Assembly (NCBI GenBank): GCA_035281225.1 | Contig: DATEEI010000106.1 | Span: 29,122-93,121 of the forward strand | Direction of reading: 5' to 3' | From: Vicinamibacterales bacterium | GTDB lineage: Bacteria; Acidobacteriota; Vicinamibacteria; Vicinamibacterales; JAMQPK01 | Length of the DNA: 64,000 nucleotides | Part shown: positions 50,790-58,317 of the stretch, in pieces | How the letters are laid out: the number at the start of each line of letters is the position of its first letter | Position numbering within the stretch: the first letter of the stretch is position 1 | Notes under the pieces: model-generated | Told to the model about the DNA's origin: nothing | What the model saw: the letters and a program-made list of their open reading frames with translations, nothing else | The model's database searches: none | Translations under genes and position numbers: made by a program

Positions 50790-51899
50790 TCACCGGCGGA
50801 AGATGCGTACGTTTCTCCAGATGGCTCCGGTCATCGTCTCGCCGCGCGGATAGCACCCTAACGAGATCCGCAGCGAGGGGGGCGCGTACGCGCGGCCGCC
50901 GAATGAGCCGGCGAACCACTCGCGATCGCCGCTGAGGGTGCCGTCCGCATTCACCGTGCCCACGCGAATGCTGTAATCCGTCGGCGTCCACTGAAGGGTG
51001 AACCGGTAGACAACGCTGCTCCTCCAGTCGACCGTCGAGTCGTTTCGATGTTCGTGATCGCCGGGATTGCCATCGCCGACGCCGCCATTGCGCCAGATCA
51101 ACTTCATGCCCGTTCCGTTACCATCGCTGCGCTGTTCGAGGTGCATCTTCCAGATGTGGTTCCGGAAAATCGAAAAGTTTCCAAAGGTCGACGCATCGCC
51201 CATCGTGACCCATTTGTAATCCTTCATTTCAGATGCGCCGACCGCTTTACCGAAGTTCGTGACGTCGAACTCCATCGTGCAGCTGGTACACGATCCGAAG
51301 TCGTAGAACAGGCCGTCGGTATCCGACGTTGCCTGCCAACCTTGTCCGGCGACCATGCGTCCTCCGATGCGGTTTCCGACAGTCGAGCCATCGGTGAGCG
51401 GGTCATAGACTTCCTGGCCCGCAATAATGAATCCCTGTGTCCGCGTCCTGAAGGTTTCGGTCTGCGACCACTCGGTTGGAGCGGCCACGTTCGCGGCGGT
51501 CGCCCGGGCGCGCCAGAAATATTTGAAATTGGGCAGCAGATTGCTCGGCGGAGACCAGCTGGTCGTGCCGTCACCGCCCTGGGCAACATCCTTTGCAGAA
51601 CTGGTTCTGCTGCCCGCCGGAAACGAATCCAGTTCGGACACTTCGAACTCATACGTCACCGCGCCTACGGCCCCGGCTGTGACTGCGTTCGTCACCGAGA
51701 GCGTCGGCTTGATGACATCGAGCTGCTGGGCGGCAATCGGAGACCGCGGCGCTGGCGTCTCCAGCCTCAACGCGACGGGAGTTGGGACTTCAGGTGTGGG
51801 GGTCGGAGCGGCCGGGGTCTTGCTTCCGCACGCCGCGGCCGCAATGACAAGCGCGAGCGCCCATACGAGCGGCAGGAGACCAATACGCGAAGACTTCAT
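50790..51899 (-). CDS. Lipoprotein family member P2
   Basis: Lipobox AAAC, linker TPAAPTPTPEVPTP, and YEFEVSELDSF...YFWRARA...WSQTETFRT. The C-terminal domain is highly similar to P3 (WKMHLEQR.DGNGTGMKLIWRNG). Confidence 0.55.
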   Translation of the reverse strand: MKSSRIGLLPLVWALALVIAAAACGSKTPAAPTPTPEVPTPVALRLETPAPRSPIAAQQLDVIKPTLSVTNAVTAGAVGAVTYEFEVSELDSFPAGSRTSSAKDVAQGGDGTTSWSPPSNLLPNFKYFWRARATAANVAAPTEWSQTETFRTRTQGFIIAGQEVYDPLTDGSTVGNRIGGRMVAGQGWQATSDTDGLFYDFGSCTSCTMEFDVTNFGKAVGASEMKDYKWVTMGDASTFGNFSIFRNHIWKMHLEQRSDGNGTGMKLIWRNGGVGDGNPGDHEHRNDSTVDWRSSVVYRFTLQWTPTDYSIRVGTVNADGTLSGDREWFAGSFGGRAYAPPSLRISLGCYPRGETMTGAIWRNVRIFRR

Positions 51900-52017
51900 G
51901 CGAACTCCCAGGAAAGAGCCAAACGGCAAGGCGAAGATCGTACCGGAACCGGCAAACATTAGCAATTAATAATTCGACGTACCATATTTTTCGCGTTAAA
52001 AATAGAGGGAGATGCAC

Positions 52018-52023
52018 TACAAT
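52018..52023 (+). promoter_or_regulatory. -10 hexamer TACAAT 9 nt upstream of ATG 52033, inside a strikingly AT-rich intergenic region
   Basis: Read directly: gcacTACAATcggtgccgcATG. Confidence 0.35.
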
Positions 52024-52032
52024 CGGTGCCGC

Positions 52033-52569
52033 ATGAAGAGGCGCATCAGCGTTGCCGTACAGGGGCGCGGCCGACCCCGCAAATACGGCCGCCCGTCCCG
52101 CGCCATCACGGTCACGTTGCCCGAGGATGTGCTGGCCAGGCTGAGTCGCGTCGACACGGATCTCGGGCGCGCTATCGTGGGTCTGGTGGAGCGTCGCGCC
52201 GTGTCCCGGATGCCGGCCGTCAGACCGGCCGAGATCGCGAGTTACGGGAACCACGCCGTCATCGTCGTCACGCCTGTCAAAGCGCTGAAGCGCCTGCGTG
52301 GAGTACAGCTCGTGCCCATTGGCAACGGTCGCTGCCTGATTGCCCTCGAGCCGCCTCATTCGATTTCGCAGCTCGAGCTCGACATTCGCGATGTGCTCGC
52401 GCGCGACGACATGCCGCCGACCGAACGCGAGACGCTCGACTCCGTCGCTCAGATCCTTCGAAGCGCCCGCGTATCGCGCGACACGAGGCCTGAAGAGCGA
52501 ACGATTATCGTCCTCGAGCAGACGCGTTCGCGCCGTACAAACGGATCAGTACGGTCGGGGGAGCGTTAA
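52033..52569 (+). CDS. Putative DNA-binding protein (AT-hook-like GRGRPRKYGRP followed by a ribbon-helix-helix-like segment)
   Basis: MKRRISVAVQGRGRPRKYGRPSRAITVTLPEDVLARLSRVD... The remainder is not recognised. Confidence 0.4.
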   Translation: MKRRISVAVQGRGRPRKYGRPSRAITVTLPEDVLARLSRVDTDLGRAIVGLVERRAVSRMPAVRPAEIASYGNHAVIVVTPVKALKRLRGVQLVPIGNGRCLIALEPPHSISQLELDIRDVLARDDMPPTERETLDSVAQILRSARVSRDTRPEERTIIVLEQTRSRRTNGSVRSGER

Positions 52570-52584
52570 GACCAGAAGTTCAGA

Positions 52585-53262
52585 CTAGAAGAGGTTGCGG
52601 AGGAACGACCAGACGTACGCGACCCATAGCTTCCAGACCACCACTTTCGACGTACCCCAGCGGCGCTCGTATTCGTGGCTCGGGATTTCGGAGACGCGAA
52701 ATCCCTGCTTCAGCGCCTTCATCAGCATTTCCTGCTCGATGGTCGTCAGGTTCGACGTCAGTCCCAGCTTGCGGCCGACATCCCTGCGGATCGCACGAAA
52801 GCCGTTCTGACTGTCGGTGAGGCGCACATTCCACCGGTAGTTGATGGCGAGCATGATCAGTTGCGATCCGATGTAGCGGATGAGCTGGCCGACCGTACCG
52901 TGGAGCTCGTCGCTGCCACCCTTGCCGCGCGAACCCACCACCATGTCCGCCTCGCCGGCGAGAATCGGCGCGATCATGGCGGGAATATCTCGCGGCTCGT
53001 GCGAGCCATCCGCGTCGATGAACACGACGATGTCGCCCGCAGCTTCATCGAGCGCGAGGCGAATCGCGTCGCCTTTCCCCTTGCCGCGATCGAGGATGAC
53101 CCGGGCGCCGGCAGCCGTCGCAATCTCGCGAGTACGATCGCGGGAGTGACCGTCGACGACGAGGACCTCGTCGGCATACGCGCGAACAAACTGGATGATC
53201 TCTGCGATCAGGCCCTCTTCGTCCCGGGTCGGGATCACGACGCTGACTTGAGGCTTGGGCAC
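52585..53262 (-). CDS. Soluble GT2 glycosyltransferase (polyprenol-phosphate sugar synthase-like)
   Basis: VSVVIPTRDE, VVDGHSRDRT, GKGDA and FIDADGSHEP motifs. Confidence 0.8.
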   Translation of the reverse strand: MPKPQVSVVIPTRDEEGLIAEIIQFVRAYADEVLVVDGHSRDRTREIATAAGARVILDRGKGKGDAIRLALDEAAGDIVVFIDADGSHEPRDIPAMIAPILAGEADMVVGSRGKGGSDELHGTVGQLIRYIGSQLIMLAINYRWNVRLTDSQNGFRAIRRDVGRKLGLTSNLTTIEQEMLMKALKQGFRVSEIPSHEYERRWGTSKVVVWKLWVAYVWSFLRNLF

Positions 53263-53381
53263 TATCGAATGGAGTGGAGGCCGGAGATTGCCACGAACGC
53301 TCGCCCAATATAGAGGGATTGGCCCTCTGGGGTCAAGGGTTTATCGGCACTTTCGCGTTGCTGTCGCCGGTGGTGCGCTGC

Positions 53382-53387
53382 TACAAT
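53382..53387 (+). promoter_or_regulatory. -10 hexamer TACAAT 8 nt upstream of GTG 53396; TTGCTG lies 18 nt further upstream
   Basis: Read directly: TTGCTGtcgccggtggtgcgctgcTACAATaacgagacGTG. Confidence 0.35.
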
Positions 53388-53395
53388 AACGAGAC

Positions 53396-54493
53396 GTGAT
53401 CACCAAAGAAATCGGCCTGGGAAAGGCGATTCTCGCAGCCAATCTTCGCTCTCCCGCCCTCCCGTACAAAGTCACGTTCGTCGCGACGTATCACTGCAAC
53501 TTTCGCTGCGAGATGTGCAACATCTGGCAGAAGAAGAGCGTGAACGAGATGACGCCGGCCGAAGTCGAGCAGTTCTTCGGGCGCTACTCCCAGTTTCGCT
53601 GGGTGCATCTCACCGGCGGCGAGCTCTTCATGCGGCGCGACCTGGACGATCTCGTCGCGGCGATTCAAGGCAGCTGCCGGTCGCTCTTTCTGCTGAATTT
53701 TCCGACCACCGGTTGGTTCGGTGACAAGACCGTGGACCTGGTCGAACGGACGCTCAAGCGCGGGGTTGGACGGCTGATGGTGACCATTAGCATGGACGGC
53801 CCTAAAGCGCTGCACGAGGAAATGCGCGGCCTGCCCGGCAGCTGGGACCGCGCGATTGAGACGTACCGACGGCTCCGCGGCATCAAGCGCTCGAATTTTC
53901 AGACCGTGATCGGCATGACGCTGATGGAGAAGAATGCGACAAAAGTCGACGAGACGATTGCCGCGATCCAGCAGGTCATCCCCGATTTCAGCCGCAAAGA
54001 GCTGCATCTCAATATCGGCCACGAGTCAGGCCACTATTTCGCCAATCTCGGATACGGCGGCAATGCGCCGCATCACGCCAAAGTAATCGAAGCGGTCGAG
54101 CGCCATCGTCAGGCCAACGGCGGCTCGCTGCATCCCGTGCACTTTCTCGAGGACCGCTATCAGGCGTTGATCCGCAGGTATTACGAGACGGGGAAGTCGC
54201 CGCTGCCCTGCACGGCGCTGTCGTCCTCGTGCTTTATCGACGCGTACTGGAATCTGTTCGCATGCTCAATCTGGGATGCGAAGATCGGTAACCTTCGCGA
54301 CAATCAGTTCGATCTGGATGCGCTCTGGGCAAGCGACCGGCGCCGCGAAGTGCGGCAGGAAGTTGTCGAAGAGCGCTGCTCGCACTGTTGGACGCCTTGT
54401 GAGGCGTACCCGACCATTCTCGGAAATCTTGGCAAGGCCGCCATCTCGGCCACGCCATCGCTCAAGAAAGCACCTCTCCCCGTCAATTCCTAG
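53396..54493 (+). CDS. Radical SAM enzyme with a C-terminal SPASM/twitch-like Cys cluster
   Basis: CNFRCEMC cluster motif, GGELFMRRD, and C-terminal C..SSSC...C....IGNL...CSHCWTPC. Confidence 0.75.
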   Translation: MITKEIGLGKAILAANLRSPALPYKVTFVATYHCNFRCEMCNIWQKKSVNEMTPAEVEQFFGRYSQFRWVHLTGGELFMRRDLDDLVAAIQGSCRSLFLLNFPTTGWFGDKTVDLVERTLKRGVGRLMVTISMDGPKALHEEMRGLPGSWDRAIETYRRLRGIKRSNFQTVIGMTLMEKNATKVDETIAAIQQVIPDFSRKELHLNIGHESGHYFANLGYGGNAPHHAKVIEAVERHRQANGGSLHPVHFLEDRYQALIRRYYETGKSPLPCTALSSSCFIDAYWNLFACSIWDAKIGNLRDNQFDLDALWASDRRREVRQEVVEERCSHCWTPCEAYPTILGNLGKAAISATPSLKKAPLPVNS

Positions 54494-54607
54494 CGCCGAG
54501 ACCAGGACGGCCACTAGCTGGCCCGCGGATTGCTCTTTCTTCGGTTAGGCAGGCTGAAGATGTATCCAGTCGCGACAACCATGCGAGCGTTCAACTCAGG
54601 AGGCTCT

Positions 54608-55474
54608 ATGCGGAGAGTTCTAGCGGCCACCATTGTCATGCTGTGGGCGACGTTGAGCCTGGCGACGGCGGCAGAAGTGACCTTTGTAACGACCAGTGGT
54701 GACCGCCACACAGGACAGTTGTTTTATGACACCGGCACAAACATCGGCCTGATCGTCAACGGGCAGAAGAGGATGTTTCCGGTTCGGGACGTTGCCGTCA
54801 TCCTCTACGCACCTGGCGATCCTTCGCGGAACGAGCTCGGGCAGTTGCCGTCCTCCGATAGTCCCCCGGAGCTGGAGCGCCACACGCTGGTGATGCGGGA
54901 TGGCCGCATTCTCAAAGGAAAGGTCTATCACTGGGAGTCCGACACCGTGGCGTTCGACACCACCGCTGGACGGGCCACGTATCACGCGAATGACGTGGCG
55001 CGGCTGTATCTCAGCGGTCCGCCCGCACGGCGGGTGTTCCAGGCGATTCTCGATTCACCACAGGCAGCGGCGCCCGAGCGAGGCTTCGGCCGAGGACGAG
55101 GGAGAGGCTACGGAAGGGGCGAGCCGCAGGCGCGCGTGCGCGTGGAAGCCAACCAGCCCTGGACGGATACCGGTCTCGTCGTGCAGCCCGGGGAGCGGAT
55201 CGCGTTTGAGGCAGATGGTACCGTGACGTTTGGCCTCAACATGACCGCGGGAGCCGACGGCAACAAGGATATGCCGCCGAACGCCAACTATCCAGTTCGC
55301 ACCATGTCGGTCGGTGGGTTGATTGGACGCGTTGGCAACGGTCGGCCGTTCGCGATCGGATCGACGAGGACGCCGATCGAGATGCCCAATGGCGGCCGGT
55401 TGTTCCTCGGCGTCAACGACGATGAGCTGAAGGACAACAGCGACGGGTTCAACGTGGCGATCCACCGCCGATAG
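54608..55474 (+). CDS. Secreted protein with a C-terminal PA-IL/LecA-like beta-sandwich domain
   Basis: Signal peptide MRRVLAATIVMLWATLSLATAAEV, GRGRGRGYGRG linker, and C-terminal WTDTGLVVQPGERIAFEADG...GGLIGRVGNGRPFAIG...GRLFLGVNDDELKDNSDGFNVAI. AGGAGG Shine-Dalgarno sequence upstream. Confidence 0.5.
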   Translation: MRRVLAATIVMLWATLSLATAAEVTFVTTSGDRHTGQLFYDTGTNIGLIVNGQKRMFPVRDVAVILYAPGDPSRNELGQLPSSDSPPELERHTLVMRDGRILKGKVYHWESDTVAFDTTAGRATYHANDVARLYLSGPPARRVFQAILDSPQAAAPERGFGRGRGRGYGRGEPQARVRVEANQPWTDTGLVVQPGERIAFEADGTVTFGLNMTAGADGNKDMPPNANYPVRTMSVGGLIGRVGNGRPFAIGSTRTPIEMPNGGRLFLGVNDDELKDNSDGFNVAIHRR

Positions 55475-55504
55475 GAATCGTTCGACAGGAGTGATGCGAG
55501 AAGG

Positions 55505-55526
55505 GGCGGGGCCTTCGGGCTCCGCC
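55505..55526 (+). terminator. Hairpin GGCGGGGCC-TTCG-GGCTCCGCC after the secreted-protein gene
   Basis: 9-bp stem (one G-U pair) with a UUCG loop; no U-tract. Confidence 0.3.
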
Positions 55527-55549
55527 TGGCGCGCTCGACCGCGCGACGG

Positions 55550-55555
55550 TACAAT
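55550..55555 (+). promoter_or_regulatory. -10 hexamer TACAAT 9 nt upstream of the first in-frame start (TTG 55565)
   Basis: Read directly: gacggTACAATgtccgcgttTTG. Confidence 0.3.
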
Positions 55556-55564
55556 GTCCGCGTT

Positions 55565-57580
55565 TTGCTGACACGATCGACAGGCGGGGCAGTGGCAGGC
55601 GCGCTCGCCTGGATCGTGCTTCATCCTCTCCTCTTACGATTTCCGCTTTCGTTACGATTTTCTCTCGCCTGGGCGATCTTCACCATCGGCCCGGGAATCG
55701 TCCTGGGTGGACGCCTCACCCGTGACATCGATCCGCTACAACGCACCATTGTCCAACTCGGGCTCGGAAGCGCGGCGGTGCCGCTGCTGGTCGAGATCCT
55801 CGGTCGCGTGGGCCTCATTCAAGTATTCCCCTATGTCGTCTGCGCCCTTGCCGGGCTTGGATGGTCGATGGTGGGTCGAGAACCTGGGCGTGCCCGCGTG
55901 TCGCGCGCGGACGTTGCCGCGTGCGTTGGCATCACCGCTCTTGCACTGACGCTGGGAGCGATTGTGTTTGCGCATCGACTGGTCGATGGACCGCAAGGCA
56001 TCGCGGTCTACGGTGATTATGATTCCTACGATCTGAGCCACTACGCCGCGTGGGCGTCGGACGCGACACACACGATTCCACCGAAGGCGGCGTTCTATGC
56101 TGGCCACGGCCTCCATGCCGCCTACTACCCGCAACTTGTGCTGACCATGGCGCACCGGTTCGTCGACGTGCCGCTGCTACCCATCTATTTCGGCTACGCC
56201 TGGCCCGTATTTCTGACGCTCGGCGCACTCACCGCGTTCGTCCTGGTCCGGCGGATCGCGCCGACGGGAGCAGCGATGCTGGCGGCTGTGCTGCTGCTGG
56301 TTGGCAGCGACTTCTCGTACCTTGCGGCCTGGTTGCTGCCGGCCAAGACGTTTCAGTGGGACTACGTGTTGTGGCCGACGAACTTTCTTGCGCCCACCAT
56401 GGAGGTGCTGCACTTCAACACCTGGACTCCGTCGCTGCCGATTTTCTTTACGGCGCTCTATGCGCTCGCACGGAGCGTGCAGGGGGGGGCTTTCGGATGG
56501 ACGGTCGCAGGCGCATTCCTGATTGCGGTGCTGTTCCAGTTCAAGCCATTTGCGTACATCATCCTGATGGCCGGCGCGTGCGGGGCCTTCGTCTTTGCCG
56601 GCCGCGATTGGGCGTTGCGCCGCCGTCTCGGGATTCTCATCGGTCTCGCGGGACTGTTCACCATTCCGCTGATCTACAACGTGCTCACGCTACCGGTCGA
56701 GGATCGGCGCTCGCGCCTGGTGTTCGAGCTCTTCGTGCTGCCCGAGCGTATGCTGATCAAGCTGAACTTGACGGAAGCGTTTGCTCGCTTCGCGGCGAGT
56801 CTTGCCCCGGTCTCGCAACTGCAGCGGCCGATTCTTCTGCTGGCCGCCACGGCCCTGTTTCTCGCGGTGGGCCCTGGCATCCGATGGTTAGGTGCTGCAC
56901 GCATCTGGCGCGCGCTGAAGGGAGACACAACGGGAGATGGCGCTGTTTGGCGGACGCTCGGTTGGGTCGTTATTGCAGGTGTGGCCCTTCCGTTTGTGAT
57001 CGCGACCGAGCCATACGTCGACACACTGCAGTTCTACCAGACTGGACTGTATGTGTGGTGGATCTTCGCGGCCGCAGCGCTCTGGGAATTCGCGCGGGCT
57101 CACAGGGTGGCTGGCGCCGTCGCGATCGTAGTCGCGCTGGCGGTCTCGACACCCTCATCCGTCCACTACCTCGCACGCAAATGGTCGGATAACCAGCGGC
57201 CGGTGATGGCAGAGCTGAGCCAGGGCGAGCGACGCATCGCGGCATATCTGCAGACGCAGGATCCGGAGTCGACGGTGATTCTTCACAGCCGGCCGACCTC
57301 CCCCTCGCTGATGGCGATCGTCTCCAACCGGCGCGTGGTGCTCGGATGGGGGAGAGGACAGTACGCCGTTGGCAGCGAGGGGCGCGTTCGAGACATCAAC
57401 CGGTTCTTTACGTCTGCCAAACGCGACCCGCAGGAAGCGATCGACGCGCTCCATCGCTATCGAGTGACCCACGTCGTGGTGCGCGCCGACCGCGACCGCG
57501 TACACCCGCAGGTGCTTGCGCGTCTCACGCCTTTGATGGCGTTTCCGGATGCAGCGCTGTATGGCGCACCCGCCGAATGA
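55565..57580 (+). CDS. Large polytopic membrane protein (GT-C-like / polymerase-like; unknown family)
   Basis: About 14 TM helices plus a C-terminal ~130-aa soluble domain. No ATG is near the 5' end, so the start is uncertain. Confidence 0.45.
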   Translation: MLTRSTGGAVAGALAWIVLHPLLLRFPLSLRFSLAWAIFTIGPGIVLGGRLTRDIDPLQRTIVQLGLGSAAVPLLVEILGRVGLIQVFPYVVCALAGLGWSMVGREPGRARVSRADVAACVGITALALTLGAIVFAHRLVDGPQGIAVYGDYDSYDLSHYAAWASDATHTIPPKAAFYAGHGLHAAYYPQLVLTMAHRFVDVPLLPIYFGYAWPVFLTLGALTAFVLVRRIAPTGAAMLAAVLLLVGSDFSYLAAWLLPAKTFQWDYVLWPTNFLAPTMEVLHFNTWTPSLPIFFTALYALARSVQGGAFGWTVAGAFLIAVLFQFKPFAYIILMAGACGAFVFAGRDWALRRRLGILIGLAGLFTIPLIYNVLTLPVEDRRSRLVFELFVLPERMLIKLNLTEAFARFAASLAPVSQLQRPILLLAATALFLAVGPGIRWLGAARIWRALKGDTTGDGAVWRTLGWVVIAGVALPFVIATEPYVDTLQFYQTGLYVWWIFAAAALWEFARAHRVAGAVAIVVALAVSTPSSVHYLARKWSDNQRPVMAELSQGERRIAAYLQTQDPESTVILHSRPTSPSLMAIVSNRRVVLGWGRGQYAVGSEGRVRDINRFFTSAKRDPQEAIDALHRYRVTHVVVRADRDRVHPQVLARLTPLMAFPDAALYGAPAE

Positions 57581-58241
57581 TCGACGCCGCGAGGATGTCA
57601 GCCGATAGCGCGAGCGCCTGGCTGACGCGCAGGGGTGTCGTACGCACCTCCACGCGGCCGGCTCGAATCGCGTCACAGATCGATTCAGGATGTGCTTCCG
57701 CGTCAATCAGCGAATAGGTCGTGCCCAGCTGCGCAAGCCGATGTACATCGCCGTTGCCGACGAGCGGCTTGCCGTGCGCCGCAGCCCACGCGCGCGCTCG
57801 GGCATTGAAATCAACCCGTCGTACGTACATCGCGTTGATCTCGACGGCGTCGAATAGCGACGCGTGCCGATCGATCAGCGACCCCAAGCACAGCGAGAGG
57901 AGAAAGAACGGATGCGGCGCAATAACGAGACCAGCCGGCTCCGCCGCTTTGAGCCGAGCCACATCGTCGAATGTGTTGACCGCTCCGGCACGATCGCTGA
58001 AATTCAGGAGAAGGACGTGCCGTCCTTCGACCGTGCGCTCCAGCCCGGGAATGAGCACGATGCCGCGCTGGCTCGCGTATTCGCGGATCGGGCCGACGTC
58101 GAAGGGATGATCGTGGAGCGTGATGGCCAACACCCCGTAGCCGAGCTCGGCCGCACGATCGATCAGCTCCGTTGCCGTGTGCGGAATCGAGTCGTGGGGA
58201 TCGTCAGAGGTATGGCTATGGAGCTCCGCCTTCAGCAGCAC
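57525..58241 (-). CDS. PHP-domain metal-dependent phosphoesterase
   Basis: ELHSHTSDDPHD (HxH), ITLHD and GNGDVH motifs. The 3' end overlaps the convergent membrane gene by 56 nt. Confidence 0.75.
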   Translation of the reverse strand: MLLKAELHSHTSDDPHDSIPHTATELIDRAAELGYGVLAITLHDHPFDVGPIREYASQRGIVLIPGLERTVEGRHVLLLNFSDRAGAVNTFDDVARLKAAEPAGLVIAPHPFFLLSLCLGSLIDRHASLFDAVEINAMYVRRVDFNARARAWAAAHGKPLVGNGDVHRLAQLGTTYSLIDAEAHPESICDAIRAGRVEVRTTPLRVSQALALSADILAASIIRRVRHTALHPETPSKA

Positions 58242-58317
58242 GATGCTCTATTATCGGCGATGAGCGTACGCACACACACCAAGGCGCCGCCGAAGTGTTG
58301 TACTGTTTACGGCATTC

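Noticed and set aside
53396-54607. Searched around the radical SAM/SPASM gene for a short RiPP precursor ORF.
   Set aside because: The flanking intergenic regions (53263-53395 and 54494-54607) contain no convincing short ORF with a start codon and Shine-Dalgarno sequence. The ATGs at 54530 and 54560 are in frame with, and most likely upstream of the true start of, the secreted protein gene.
48961-57192. Large ORFs 48961-50193 (+), 51048-51962 (+) and 56050-57192 (+), which are opposite to or out of frame with called genes.
   Set aside because: No motifs and a biased Arg/Gly/Pro/His composition. The called frames show lipoboxes, a radical SAM motif or coherent TM helices.
57525-57580. 56-nt convergent overlap between the large membrane protein gene and the PHP gene, and the similar 20-nt overlap at 43633-43652.
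   Set aside because: These are probably genuine 3'-end overlaps, which are common in compact GC-rich genomes. No evidence points to a frameshift or a functional element.
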